A DNA stretch of 64,000 bases, from the NCBI RefSeq assembly GCF_009914755.1, contig NC_060927.1. The stretch is one strand, 5' to 3'. The DNA comes from the human T2T-CHM13v2.0 reference genome, Homo sapiens. The translations under genes and the position numbers were made by a program. Positions 1 to 44,830 of the stretch are shown here, piece by piece; the first letter of the stretch is position 1; the number at the start of each line of letters is the position of its first letter. The notes under the pieces were generated by a model that was given only the letters and a program-made list of their open reading frames with translations, was not told the DNA's origin and did no database searches.

Positions 1-2157
1 TTATGGAAGACTCTCGGTGGATGTCAAGATGTCTTAATGGGTGAAGCGGGTGTTATCTTCAGGCTAACTTGGGTTCTCTTCCAAGGGTCAGGCACAGATC
101 CCAACAGAGTAAATCCAAATTCTGCTACGATGTCTTACCACAGGGGTCTTCACTTGGACAAGATGCTGTTACCTAAGAAGCAACTAGTCAAGTCATTTCT
201 GCAGGACTCCTGGCTGATGGGTGCTATCAAGTTCCAACAGGAAAGCAGACTTTTACACCACAGACTTTTAAGTGCTATTAGAATTAAACAGAAGGAGGAG
301 GAAGAAAGGAACAAGAAGGAGAAGAAAGACAAAGAGAAGGAGAGCATATTTCCCAGCTATGGCCCTTTTCACTACTTTAAAAGCAAAACCATCAAAGAAT
401 GGGCACCTTTCTATGGGTATGACTTTTATCCCCTTGTCCTCTAGATTTATTGCTTGCACCACGTAGCTTCCACCATAAAACTCTTCTTTCCAATAGACTG
501 CTATCTGAATATCAAGAGCAAGACTCTCCAGTAACATATAATCTAGTAAAAAGTAAATATGATAGAATAACAAAGCGATTTCTGAAGGCAATTTATTTGC
601 ATAGAGATACCTGAGAGGGAAAACCAAAATTCCATCTCAGAATCTGGTAATAATGTACTATGAGATGCTCCATCATCACATCTTACTTCTAATTTTACAG
701 AAAAGCAGTTGTAGCAACTGGAAGAAAACCTCTCAGTCTCATTTCTGCAAGGTGAACCATAAACACTTCTAAATGCCTCATGTGTAAACTCTCTCCCAGC
801 ACATTGCTGAATATCACTTGAATATTTGAAAAACGATATGTAGACAAAGATATTTTTCTAGAGGATTTACATTTTCCCATCAATGTAGAATTGCCCTTGC
901 TGTGAATAAGTACTTGCTTTCTTTTCTCCCCATTTTCCACGTGCCTTAAGGGTTTGAAGGGTTGCTATGGATGATGTTTACTTGTTTCCTTAGTTTTTCC
1001 ATTTTCCTCCTCATCCTGCCTTATTTTAGCTGGCTTTCAAATGTTAATCCTGGCCTTTCCCTGCCTCACCTTAGGTCTGTTCAATGTGTCCCTAGTACTA
1101 CTCTCATTTCACTAGTCACCTGCTTCACTAGTCACATGGCTATACCACTTTAACTTCGGGTTTTCTTCTGGGACTTGCAACAGTCACCTTAAACTTCATC
1201 CCCTACCTGCTGATTCCTCATCCAATGGCCTTATATCAAACTGGCCTGATTTTGCTGGCACCTTTACTTAACACTGTGCCCGACTTGGATTTCCACCCAA
1301 GACAGGAGACACTTCCGCTGAATTGTGTCCTTGCCATTTACTCTCCAGATTTCTCTGGAAACTACGATTACTTTTTGCCTACTCTTGTCCTGCTGATTGA
1401 ATGACCTCAGCTTGAGAGGCAACAACACAGTGATGTAACTGGCTGGCATTCAACTTGGAGTAAGACAACAAAGGTCCAAATCCCTCAACCTTAGTTTGCT
1501 TGCATCTCCATGGTGTAGTATGGGGAGAATAATACCTGCAGTGTTGGCATTGCTGTAGCAGTGAAGTTCTTTCAGATTGTAAGGATGAGCTAATCCAATC
1601 CATAACCTAAATGTACTAGCAGCTTCATGGATAACTGGAAAGTGACTCATAATTGTACCCCATAGAGGAGGAACCCCAGTAGCTCAGATCTGGTGTCTTT
1701 GTCCCAGGAACTTTGGCATTCTCTTTGCACCTCACCTTCAAATGTCCCCAGCAGAATGGCTCTGGATGGGTCATTTATTTACCGTTTATCTCGCAGCCTC
1801 TTGATTGAATAGACTTTGGCTCAGCTGTTGATTCCTGGTCCAATTAACAAGAACCAGGTATCACAGTTGATTTAACTCAACAAATAAGATGCAACTGACC
1901 AGAACAACTGCATGGTGAAGGCACTGCCTGGTCCCCCTTTCCCCAGAAGGCGGCTTTAGCCATGGCAAATGCTTAGGGTAGCCTGCCTGGAGTGGGATTC
2001 TTGCAACACCAATCCTCATACCTCTTGAAGAAAAGATTCCATGGTCAAATAAACTTGCATACAGTGCATATGACATCTTCCTGTTTAGAGATTCACAATG
2101 CACATACATCAAAGGTGCTGAGAAGTCCTGCAATAAACTTGCTTTAAATTGACTTAA

Positions 2158-2536
<379 letters not shown>

Positions 2537-2587
2537 TAGACCTCATGAACTGTCTATTGCCACCAGCTTCATCAGTGTCTCCAGAAC

Positions 2588-2730
2588 AGCAGTTCCCAAC
2601 CCCTGTACATCAGAACCACCTGGGGACATTTAACAAAATATAATCAGCCAGACTGTGCCGCTAGGTATTCTGATTTACTTGGTCTGAGGAGAGGTCTGGA
2701 GATCAGAATTTAAATGCTCCCCAGGTATTA
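2588..2730. mobile_element. MER5A-like hAT fragment
   Basis: catcagaaccacctgggg...attctgatttacttggtctg. Confidence 0.55.
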
Positions 2731-3638
2731 GACCTTTAAATAATAACTCTATATGTTATAGTACAATAATAGCATTTACTAAACATGTTTTGTGCCAGGC
2801 ACTAAATAAGTGTGACATTATTCTTTTATTTTATCCTTATATGAACGCTGCCTAATGTATATTACCACCAATCTACAAGTAAGAAAATATAACCTAGAAG
2901 ACCAACATAAAGAAATTTGCTCTGAAGAAGAACTGAAGAGATCATGTGCCATCTATAGATCCTAAATAGAGCTAGAGTCTTCATCAAATTCTCTACCAAG
3001 TCAAAAAGAATGCATTCCCCTAAGCAGCTTCTGTCACTAGAAATAATCTTCTGGGGACCAAGTGCTCTTCCCACAAGATGATCAGGAGATACTATACAGG
3101 ATCCAGCTATTGGCGGCAGCTAAGCAATTCCACACTTAAACCTGAAAACGGTCCGTTATCATTTTCCCGCCTTCCCTCAAATCAGGAATAACAAAATCCA
3201 TCACACTCAGAAGCAAGGCCTTACTCCTAACACTCGGGTGCCTGGAATCTACAATGAGATTCAGACACAGGCTTCAGACCACCCAAGAGGCCATTTGGAA
3301 GGGCTTGACTGCCACCTTGTGGTCCTGTGCACTACCAGCCAAGGCGAGGGCACACAACCAGGGAGAAACAAACCGTGAGCAAACTGCTCTAACCCACTTC
3401 TTCTGTTTTGACAAGAATGGTTATAACATCGTTTGACATGTCCCAGTAAGCCGAAAGAGAACAAGGTATTAAAGTATTCTCGCAACAGCCCTTGCTTGGG
3501 AGTAGGTTATTTTAAACAATTGCTTTCTCCAGGGCAATCATACCTGAGTTGATTTGTGTATATGCTCCTAGTTTAGAAAAAGCAAGTATTTTCCGTATTT
3601 TCTCTCTACTGACTAGGTTTCAAAAAAGAACTATTTTG

Positions 3639-3941
3639 GGCCAAGAGTGGTGGCTCACACCTGTAATCCAAGCATTTTGGGAGGCTGAGACCAGAGGATC
3701 TCTTAAGCTCAGAGTTTGAGACCAGCTTGGGCAACATAGTGAGACTCTATCTCAACAAAATATGAAAAATTATCCGGGCCTGGGGGTGCATGCCTGTAGT
3801 CCCAGCTAGTTAGGAAGCTGAGGCAGGAAGATCACTTGAGCCCAAGAGTTTGAGGCTACGGTGACCTGTGATTGCGCTGCTGCTCTCCAAACTGGGTGAC
3901 AGAGAGAGACCTGTCGGAAAACTAAAAAACAAAACAAAAAA
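3639..3941 (+). repeat. Alu (J-type)
   Basis: Alu consensus with A-rich tail. Confidence 0.88.
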
Positions 3942-4454
3942 TTCGTTTTTTAACGGCAAGAAAAGGCCCAACTCCAGGACTGTTTTTTCCATGTTCTATA
4001 TCCCCCAACTAATTTCTCCCTTCTCTTTCCCTCCCTTCCTTCCTTCCTCCCTTTCTTCCTCCCCGACCTCCTTCCTTCCTGCATTACATGTAAACATCCC
4101 TACCTAACTCAAAATTCCTTCACCAAGAAAGCCCTATATCCAATCCTTCTGCTACTGGCTGTGTGACTTTGGGCAAGTTCCTTAACCTCTATTTAAACAT
4201 CTTAGAACGGTTTTTACATTTTTAAAAGATTGCAGGAGGAGGGCAACAAATAATAATACGCAGCAGAGACCATATGTGGCCCACAAAGCCTAAAATATTC
4301 AGTCAGCAGTACACGGTATCAACTATAAGTATTCTTTAAAAACAGACATTCAATCTGAATCTTAAGGAGACTTTAGATCCAACTTTCAGTTGACAGGAAG
4401 CAGGAGGGAGAGTAAGACAAGCTAAACGGCACCTCGGCACCACCTCACCCGCTA

Positions 4455-4852
4455 GTGAATGTGCCGCTGAGATCCCCTTCAGACTGAAGCACTCAGTCCC
4501 CAGATTGCTTGACATTTGGCTGCTGATGGGTCACAGCTGAGCTCCTCACCAGGCCTTGCCCTCAGCTGAAGGAAGTGGCCTTGCTAAGGCCCCACCCCTC
4601 TCTGGGATGGCCCCTGTTTGAACTTACGTGCATTTCTTGCCTCGTGCATTTCTTGCCTCATTTGGGGACCTCACTGAAAGGCCACTCCAGCCCTACAGCA
4701 CCCCGCTGAGGCCTCACCTGGCATTGCCCCTCAATTTCTCCCTCTGCCCAAGCCTGGACCCCTTACACCCTCACAGGTGTTGATCGTGAGAACCTTCCCC
4801 CCAAAAACTATCTGCATTCAAATCTCCATCCCAGAATCTGTTTTCCTAAGAC
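4455..4852 (+). mobile_element. LTR16-like ERVL LTR
   Basis: gtgccgctgagatcccc start; tgcattcaaatctccatcccagaatctgtttt...taagaca end. Confidence 0.5.
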
Positions 4853-5495
4853 ATCCCTCCACACCCTATTCTCAGCGTAACAGCTAGAGTTAGTGTGTTA
4901 GAGATAAGGCAGGTCTTTACTACTTTACTCAGATCCCTTCAATGGCTTCCATCTCATCAGAACCTTGCCATCTACACCCTTGTTGCATTATCTCTTGACT
5001 TTGCCTCCTACTCCTCTGCCCTTGATCACACCAGCCACACTGGCTTCCTTGCTCTTCCTCAAACATACCAGGCATGCTTCTGCCTTGGGGTCTTTGCACA
5101 TCTTCTTCTAGCTTCTTGGAATGCTCCTTGTCCAGTTATCTGCATAACTCCATCCCTCACCTCCTTCTAGTCTTGAGTCAATGAAGGCTTCCCTGACCCC
5201 CTACTTAAGTGTGCAGGACTCCACCCCACCCCAGACTCCACATCCCTTTCTTTGGTTTTCTCCATAGCACGTATCAGGATCTGGCACACGGTACATCTTA
5301 TTGATGTTATTTAACGTCTGTCTCCACCAGAATGTAAGCTCCATTATGTTGTTTAATGTCTGTCTCCATCAGAACGTAAGCTCCATGAGGGCAATAACTT
5401 TTATCTATTCTTTGCTGTATTCCCAGAACTTAGAATAGTAACTGATACAAAGTTGCAGCCCAATCAATATTTACTAAATGAACAAGTAAATAAAC
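4853..5495 (+). mobile_element. L2 3' fragment
   Basis: L2 3' motifs aatgtaagctccatgagggc...caatcaatatttactaaatgaa. Confidence 0.65.
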
Positions 5496-5735
5496 GAATG
5501 GAAGACTGTGAACATGGAATCAGAAGAAGGCTTGTGATCTTCAGGGAAGTCCCATAACTTCCCTAAAGTGGAATGGAAGACTTCCCTAAACGAATGGAAG
5601 ACTGTGAACGTGGAATCAGAAGGCTTGTGATCTTCAGGGAAGTCCCATAACTTCCCTAGAGTGGAATGGAAGACTTCCCTAAACGAATGGAAGACTGTGA
5701 ACGTGGAATCAGAAGGCTTGTGATCTTTAGGGAAG
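5491..5735. repeat. Tandem repeat, ~93-bp unit x ~2.6
   Basis: Units start at 5491, 5587 and 5680 (taaacgaatggaagactgtgaac...). Confidence 0.92.
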
Positions 5736-5990
5736 CATTCTTCACATGAAAAACAGGAACCATAATTCTTATGTCATTTTGGTAATGATTATACAATATA
5801 ACATTTATAGAAGCATCATGTAATAAACTGCTAAATAAAAGGCATTTTTGATCAAACTGAATTCTTCATCAGAGAGGTACTTAATTTTTATAATCTAAGA
5901 GCTACCAGATTGCCAAAAAGGAAGCACAGAAACATTCAGACACAGAAAACCTTAAAAATGGTTCTGATATTCAAATAAAATATAAAATGA

Positions 5991-5996
5991 TTTATT
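5991..5996 (-). terminator. EOGT distal polyadenylation signal AATAAA
   Basis: Plus-strand tttatt; GT/T-rich sequence follows on the minus strand. Confidence 0.7.
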
Positions 5997-7383
5997 CCAA
6001 AGCCATACCCAAAACATACAATGAAATACATCCCTGTTAAAGACTTAATAAAAAGAGCAATCTTTACATTTTACAATTTGAAGACCTTCTGTTCCCACAA
6101 AAAGTCTCATAAAATTCCATAAAGTGTCAAATGTATTTTCCTGTTTATATAAAATGTATTCTCTCTTCAAATATAGCCGTTTTATTATGAAATTGTTCTC
6201 AATTTCTGAAATTCTCAGTAGTCTATAGTATCCCATTTTCACATGCTTCTTAAAATGAGGTAAGAAGACAAACGGTGAAACTTTTTTCAGATCATTTTTT
6301 CAGAAGTCAATGCCTTGCTGATGCAAAGCGCAACATGCTTTTGTCATCCCTTTCATCTGAAATATTTTCCCAGTGGTTACTCAGTATTTTGCACACAAAA
6401 AACAGTTACAATACCTGCCACTTAAAAATCCATAACATGTTGTAATTCTTCTTATGTGATTTTAAGGTCTGAATCAAAGCCATTGCTACAGTGATTCACT
6501 ATTTTCTTTACAGGTATTTTAATAAATATTCCTCAATTCTAGAAGACTGTTCCAATCCTTTAAAGTGGGGGTCAGCAAACGTCTTCTGTAAAGGTCCAGA
6601 TATTTTGTTTTGTGTGTCATTTTTCTGATGGATATTTTTTACAACTGTAAAATATTTTTAAAAAATTATTTAGCTATTCTGTAATTTGTTACTCCATTAT
6701 TTTAAAAAATAGAAGTAACTAGTCTCTAAATCAGACTACTCAAGTGTTAATAAAATGTAAACTTCACATTGTGCAGTAAAATAAATCCATGGTTTCTGAC
6801 TACTAAATTGAAAGTTCATAAGCAGTAAGAAATGAATCCCACTCAAAGAGTGGGGCTACATTCCAGATATTCTTTTTAATCAATGACACTGTTTTAGAGC
6901 TTCTTTTTCACTTTCATTGAATAAGTCACATGTCTTTAGTTTGTTTTTTCTTGGTCTTACTTTTCACAGGGAAAAATTCTCTTCATGAGGCTAATTTGAA
7001 GTTTTTGAAATTAAAGACTGGAATACTTTCATGCTGACAGAGGTAGACGCACACGCACTGGTATATGCAGTTACAAATACTCGCATAAAATGGAAACCAT
7101 TATTTCATATATAAATTAATTAATCACAAATGCTCTCCATGGCTAAGAAGGAATCAGTGGAAACCAGACAGAAGGTATGCAAGACAGTCCTACAGAATGT
7201 TCTAATTTGCTTTTATCACATGTAGTTGCTACATTTTAGGAAAACATGATTTAAATATGAAACATGTAATATAAATTAATATAGTGGCATGATTTATTCA
7301 GGTTCTCGATGCATATAACCTGGAGGTGACTAAACGCTGATCTATAACATGGTCCTATAGCTTGGTACTGAGAATCACAACTC

Positions 7384-7387
<4 letters not shown>

Positions 7388-7427
<40 letters not shown>
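7388..7427. repeat. (TG)~20 microsatellite in the EOGT 3'UTR
   Basis: Seen directly. Confidence 0.95.
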
Positions 7428-7430
<3 letters not shown>

Positions 7431-7633
7431 TTTGCATGTTTTCCTTTCCTACCACAAACAGTGTTATAACCAGATTATGGCAAATAAAAGAACAGTTGTA
7501 AATTTACCCAAATATATCATAAACAAGTTGGAACACTCTGGAATTACAGTCATATGATATTCTACAAAAATATTTACAAATTCTAAAGCTGAAAAAGTTG
7601 AAAACTTTGGTATTCCTAAAAAGAGAAAGTTCA

Positions 7634-8105
7634 GGGCCATGCGTGGTGGCTCACACCTGTAATCCCAGCACTTTGGGAGGCAAGGTGGGAGGATTTCTTG
7701 AACCCAGAGTTCGAGACCAGCCTGGCCAACATGGTGAAACTCCGTCTCTATCAAAAATACAAAAATCAACTGGGCGTGGTGGTGCACGCCTGTAATCCCA
7801 GCTACTTGGGAGGCTAAGGCACAAGAATCACTTGAATCCAGAAGGCAGAGGTTGCAGTGAGCTGAGATCATGCCACTGCACTCCAGCCTGGGTGACAGAG
7901 TGAAACTGTATCTCAACGACAACAACAAAAATTTAGCCAGGTGTGGTGGTGCAGGCTGCAATCCCAGCTAGTCAGGTGGCTGAGGCAAAAGAATCGCTTG
8001 AACCTGGGGAGGCAGAAGTTGCATAAACTGAGATCATGCCACTGCACTCCAGCCTGGGTGACAGTGAGACTCTGTCTCCAAAAAAAAAAAAAGAAAGAAA
8101 GAAAG
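7634..8105 (+). repeat. Alu plus an extra right-arm monomer, antisense within the EOGT 3'UTR
   Basis: Full dimer 7634-~7915 followed by a second right arm ~7925-8105. Confidence 0.88.
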
Positions 8106-8372
8106 TTAAAGTATACTGGGGAGTCCATGCTTAATTTTTGAACTATAAAAAGTTTTCAGTGCAAAATTATTGCTATTGATAAATAGCAATGACACAAAAA
8201 CCACATGAAACACTTAACATCTATACAACACATAACAATATCCTGAAGGTATGTTTTGGCATAGAAAAGGTAATTCGGGGATAGGAAATAACAGATTGCT
8301 TTACTGATTTAATTCTAAGTCTGGGTGTTGGAGTGTTTAAACACTCTCTTTTTGCAAACAGACTCAGCATAT

Positions 8373-40628
<32,256 letters not shown>

Positions 40629-40951
40629 TCAAAATGAAGACAACTTTGTTAACAAATTTCCTTTAAAAGCCAAAACAACAACAACAACAACAAAAAAAAA
40701 AAAAAAAAAGGGTCAAGGGCTAAGTATAATTACAAAGCACTTTGCTATCCCACTGAATAATGATCCTTTATTCAATTTTTTTTGAGCACTTGCTTGGTGC
40801 CAGGCACCACGTTAGCAAATGGGTATACAGAGGTGAACAAAACAAGAAAGAGCCTTGCTCTCATGGTGCCTTTAAACCTACTACAACTGTCATAAACAAG
40901 CAATCAAATAAACAACTTCAGCTGATGACTGGGCCTGTGAATCAAACCAAC

Positions 40952-41166
40952 TAGGGGCCAGCAAACTTTTCCTGTAAAGGAGAAGCAGTAAATATTTTTG
41001 GCTTTGCCAGACATAAGATCTCTGTGGCAACTACACAACAATGCCTCTGTCCAAAAAAGTAGCCATGGTCTATTATAAAAGAATGGATGAGGCTGTGTTC
41101 CAATAAAACTTTTTAACTTACAAAAATTATGGAAGGGCTTGATAGGATCCAGTTTAGTGATACCTG
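40952..41166 (+). mobile_element. MER58A-like hAT MITE
   Basis: aggggccagcaaactttttcctgtaaagg; ggctgtgttccaataaaacttt. Confidence 0.7.
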
Positions 41167-42124
41167 AAACTAAATAAAGTAATATGATAGACAACATAGC
41201 ATGGTGAACATTTAAAGCTTAACCACCTGGATTTGAATCGCAAATCTGCAGCTTCCCAGCTGTAAGACCTGGAACAAGTTACTTAACCTTTCTGCACCTA
41301 AGCTTTCCCATCTGTAAAATGGAAATAATAATAAACCTTCATCATAGAGCTGTCATGAGTTAAATGAGTTAGTTATTGGTAAAGTGTTTCGAAAACTATC
41401 TGGCACATGCTAAATGCTATGGAAATGTTTATTAAATAAAAGTTTAAAGCCATGTGGGGCAGAGAAGGGGCCTAAATAACATTAAAGCTGAGATCTGAAT
41501 GATGAGGAGGGGAAAAGTATCTGTGAGAGAGCAAAGGGAGTGGGATGGCTCTGAGCAAGTGTGTGTCTGCTGAATAAAAAATTATAATCATAATCAAGGT
41601 ATGAGCACAGACAATGTTCCAGGAGCGCTTCTGTACTCAGGATACAGCAATGAAGGTGCAGTCACGAACTAAACTCATTGCCCTTGTGAAGCTTACATGC
41701 TAGTAGGTATAATAATCAGCTATAATAGCTAAGACTTAGAAACTCCAGGACACTAAGCAGTCTGCCTCAAAGACTGTGCCCTTAAGCTCTCCCATCATGC
41801 CTTTACATTGTGAACAGTGATAATGGTCAGAAACCTCACTGCATTTCTAATTCACCCAGTAAGTGTTAAATCTCTTGGACCAGATTTCTCCTATATATCC
41901 CAGACAATGATCCTGCCATTCTCAGGTCACTTTAGTGGGATCTTTGTTCTTTTTTTTTTTTTTTTTTTTTTTAAGTGCTCTTTCCACTGGATGACAGAGT
42001 CTTAATACACACTGGATGTTCATCAGCTAGGACTGCTGTTTCCTGGGTCATACCGGAAAACCCAACTTTCGAAATCAGTCTTCATTGATTATGGGCTGTG
42101 AAGATGGAACCTTTAGAAACAGAC

Positions 42125-42395
42125 TGCAGGCCTGTAATAGTAGCACTTTGGGAGGCCAAGACTGGCAGATTGCTTGAGTCCCTGAGTTCGAGACCAGCTT
42201 GGGCAACGTGATGAAACCCGGTCTCTGCTAAGAATACAAAAAATCAGCTGTAGTCCCAGCTGAAGTGGGAGGATCACTTTAGCCTGGGAAGTCAAGGATG
42301 CAGTGAGTCGTGATCTCGCCACTGCACTCCAGCCTGGGTAATGCGAGGGAGACTCTGTCTCAAAAAAAAAAAAAAAACAAAGAAAGAAAGAAGAA
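42125..42395 (+). repeat. Degenerate Alu
   Basis: Alu consensus with deletions. Confidence 0.8.
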
Positions 42396-42702
42396 AAGGA
42401 AATTGACTGCTATGTTCCATCAAACCTCAAGTTCCAAGGCCATGGAATTCTAAGTGAACAGTGGGGACACCAAAAAGGAATCCTTTTTCCCCCATTTTCC
42501 CCCCTTGGAGTAGTTAAGTATTGTGGTTTTTCACTTTGGCGGCCCTCAAGAGTATGGTGTTATCTGCTGTAAATCTGATCTGAATTACAATAACATTTTC
42601 ACTTGGAGCTTTTATCCAAGAATGAGTTGACAGCAGTTTTATAAAAATTTAAAAACACATATTAATAGTAACAATGACTCTACTTGTAATAAAAATATAT
42701 AC

Positions 42703-42758
42703 CTCTTGAATCTTCAGAACCACTCAGAAGCTTCTGTGATGTTTCAGGTCTCTAAAAC
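42703..42758 (-). other. EOGT: Candidate EOGT 5'UTR exon (56 nt)
   Basis: Acceptor tttctgacag|G and donor GAG|gtatat; no transcript evidence available here. Confidence 0.55.
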
Positions 42759-43281
42759 CTGTCAGAAATGAAACATATTACCTTAAAAGGATGCTAAAGT
42801 AAACCTGATCATTCAGATGATGTTGTGAATTAAAGGAAATATTAAGAAAGAAAATAATGTAACGTGATAACTCTCAGCCAGAAGGCCTGGCCGGTGGTGC
42901 GCTTTCTTTTCCTTAATGAATACCACACTGCTATACTCGAGTTCACAGGCACCACCCCCAACACAGCAACTCGGACCAGATTCCAATGGGGAACGGGAGG
43001 AGGTGGCCCACTTTCTACAGGCATCCACTGGAACTGGCCAACAGGATACTTAGTGGATCAAACATTCCCAGAAGCAAACAACTTTCCCATTCTCACAGCA
43101 GTAATCCCACTGGCTGAATCACAGGGCTACCCACCTAGAGTGGCGAGCCTGAGGGTTCCCAGGCCTTCCTATTTTTTGACTCGTCCTTCCCGGTAATAAA
43201 GTCATTGTTATGACCAAGCCCTGACCTTTGGTTATCCAAGTCCATTGTCCTCCAGTGAGCTCTGGCCATCACTAAACTCAC

Positions 43282-43566
43282 CGATCAGTGGAGAAGTAAC
43301 GCTTAGGCGATGGAAAAAATCTAAAGACGCAGATCAGAAAGCTGGCGTCTGGCGAGGGCATGTACCCACTTGCATAAGGCGGCTGGGGGTGGCTGCTGGG
43401 CCTGGCACAAAGCCTTCCTGGTGTCGGTCGTCCTGCAAGGCCCGCCGGGATGGGTGGCTGCACTCCTCCAGCACACGGACGCTTTACTGGCCAGGCTACT
43501 TTTCCTTCAGCTCAAAGCAGCTGGAATCACTCCACTCCAGAAACCCTTGATTCGATTTCCACAGGC
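43282..43566 (-). other. EOGT: Candidate EOGT 5'UTR exon (alternative acceptor possible at 43594)
   Basis: Strong polypyrimidine tract ttcccttttttccttcctcattag|G; donor TCG|gtgagt. Confidence 0.6.
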
Positions 43567-43779
43567 CTAATGAGGAAGGAAAAAAGGGAAACATCTGAAA
43601 GATGATGGATAGGAGGCAAAACCTGGGGTTGACACAGCGGGCGAAATGGGGCAATGTCGCAGAGAGAGAGAGCTTGGAAAAGTTTAAAGACGGCAGTGGG
43701 CAAATGGAAAGTTCAACACGTGAGACCCCGAATGACACCTCAACGGCTGGCCCCTACTTGTGCCAAAAAGTCTCTCGGC

Positions 43780-44830
43780 GGGTGCCAGGCAGGGCTCAGG
43801 AAGTGCTCGGCTGCCCCTTGAACGTCAGTCCCGGCAGAGCCCAGCTGTCCGCTTGAACGTCAGTCCCGGCCAAGGGCTGAGGGGTCAGTGGCGAGCACCC
43901 CGCCGCGGCTGAGACGCCGCGCTGGGGTTCCGGACCCCGGGCGCCGCCAGGGATTGCTTCGGGGTCGGTGATCTCCCGGGGCCGCCCGCCACCGTGCACC
44001 GCGGCGCCCCGGGTCCCCAGCGCGCCTGGGAGGGGCCCCGGGGAGCGGCTCCGCCCCGGCTGGAAACCTGGTCAACGCGGCTAGGGCCCGGGGCCCGCCT
44101 GCGCTCCGGGCGCTGGGAAGGGGCCGGGCGCCCGGGGCCGGGGAGGGCCAGGATCGGCTTCCGACGCCCGCCTCCCGGCCCGCAGGGAATGGGAAGGCGC
44201 GGGCGGAGTGCGTGCGTAGGCTATAGCCCTCCGGGAAGCCGCGCCGGGAGCGGCTACCACCCGGGCAAGAACAGCGCAGAGCGCTGCGGCGGCGGGAAGG
44301 AGAGCGGGGGAAGGCTCCGCAGATTGCGGGGGAGTCCCACCTGGAGCCGGGGCAGCCGTGAACTACCGAGGAGGAGGCGGAGGAGACGGCGGCTGTTCCA
44401 GAGGAGGGAGTCGTCATAACCGGCTACTGCCGCTCACCGGAAACCTCGGGCGCGGGAGCTGGGCCAGGGGGCGCCAAGGAGCAGCTGGGACACCTTGGCC
44501 AGCCGGCGCCGTGGGCGGGCTCGGGCCCCGCAGAGGCAGGACCGGGACTACACCCAGGAGGGCCAGGGCGCGGGGCCCGACGCTCGGAGCGGCTTCAGCC
44601 CGGCGAGCGGCCTCGACCCGGCGAGCGCAGCAGGGAGGGGCTCAGAGTCGAGGAACCATCTGCCCTTCCTGGCGTTCTCCCGCGAACGTTCGCGCGAGTC
44701 CGCCAGCTCCCTCACCAGGGCCGGAAAGACCGACGGCACGTGCCGGCGCCGGACGCCCATCTCCATCGCAGCAGCCCGCGCCTCCTTGAGCGAGAGCGTT
44801 AAAGCGCTCAGAGGATGTTAGGACGGGGTG
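43780..44830. promoter_or_regulatory. CpG island / EOGT promoter and first-exon region
   Basis: Very high GC and CpG density, GC boxes, CCGGAA ETS-like cores (44438, 44721); minus-strand donors CCG|gtgagc (44438) and CTG|gtgagg (44716). Confidence 0.9.

Larger units (their letters stand above)
5970..8372 (-). other. EOGT: EOGT 3'UTR (3' end approximate)
   Basis: AT-rich stretch after the stop; minus-strand AATAAA at 7293-7298, 6181-6186 and 5991-5996. Confidence 0.75.

Noticed and set aside
37-444. 135-aa plus-strand ORF with a KE-rich segment
   Set aside because: Length is inflated by a GA-rich low-complexity stretch; no family, promoter or splice context that I can recognise.
5491-5735. 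CRISPR-like appearance (repeats with hairpins)
   Set aside because: Eukaryotic DNA, no unique spacers and no cas genes; it is a tandem duplication.
7464-8141. ORFs with LSPRLECSG / PASASRVAG motifs, here and throughout the window
   Set aside because: Alu-derived reading frames.
43796-44821. Overlapping 60-185 aa Arg/Gly/Pro-rich ORFs on both strands
   Set aside because: Stop-codon scarcity in a CpG island; no coding signature.
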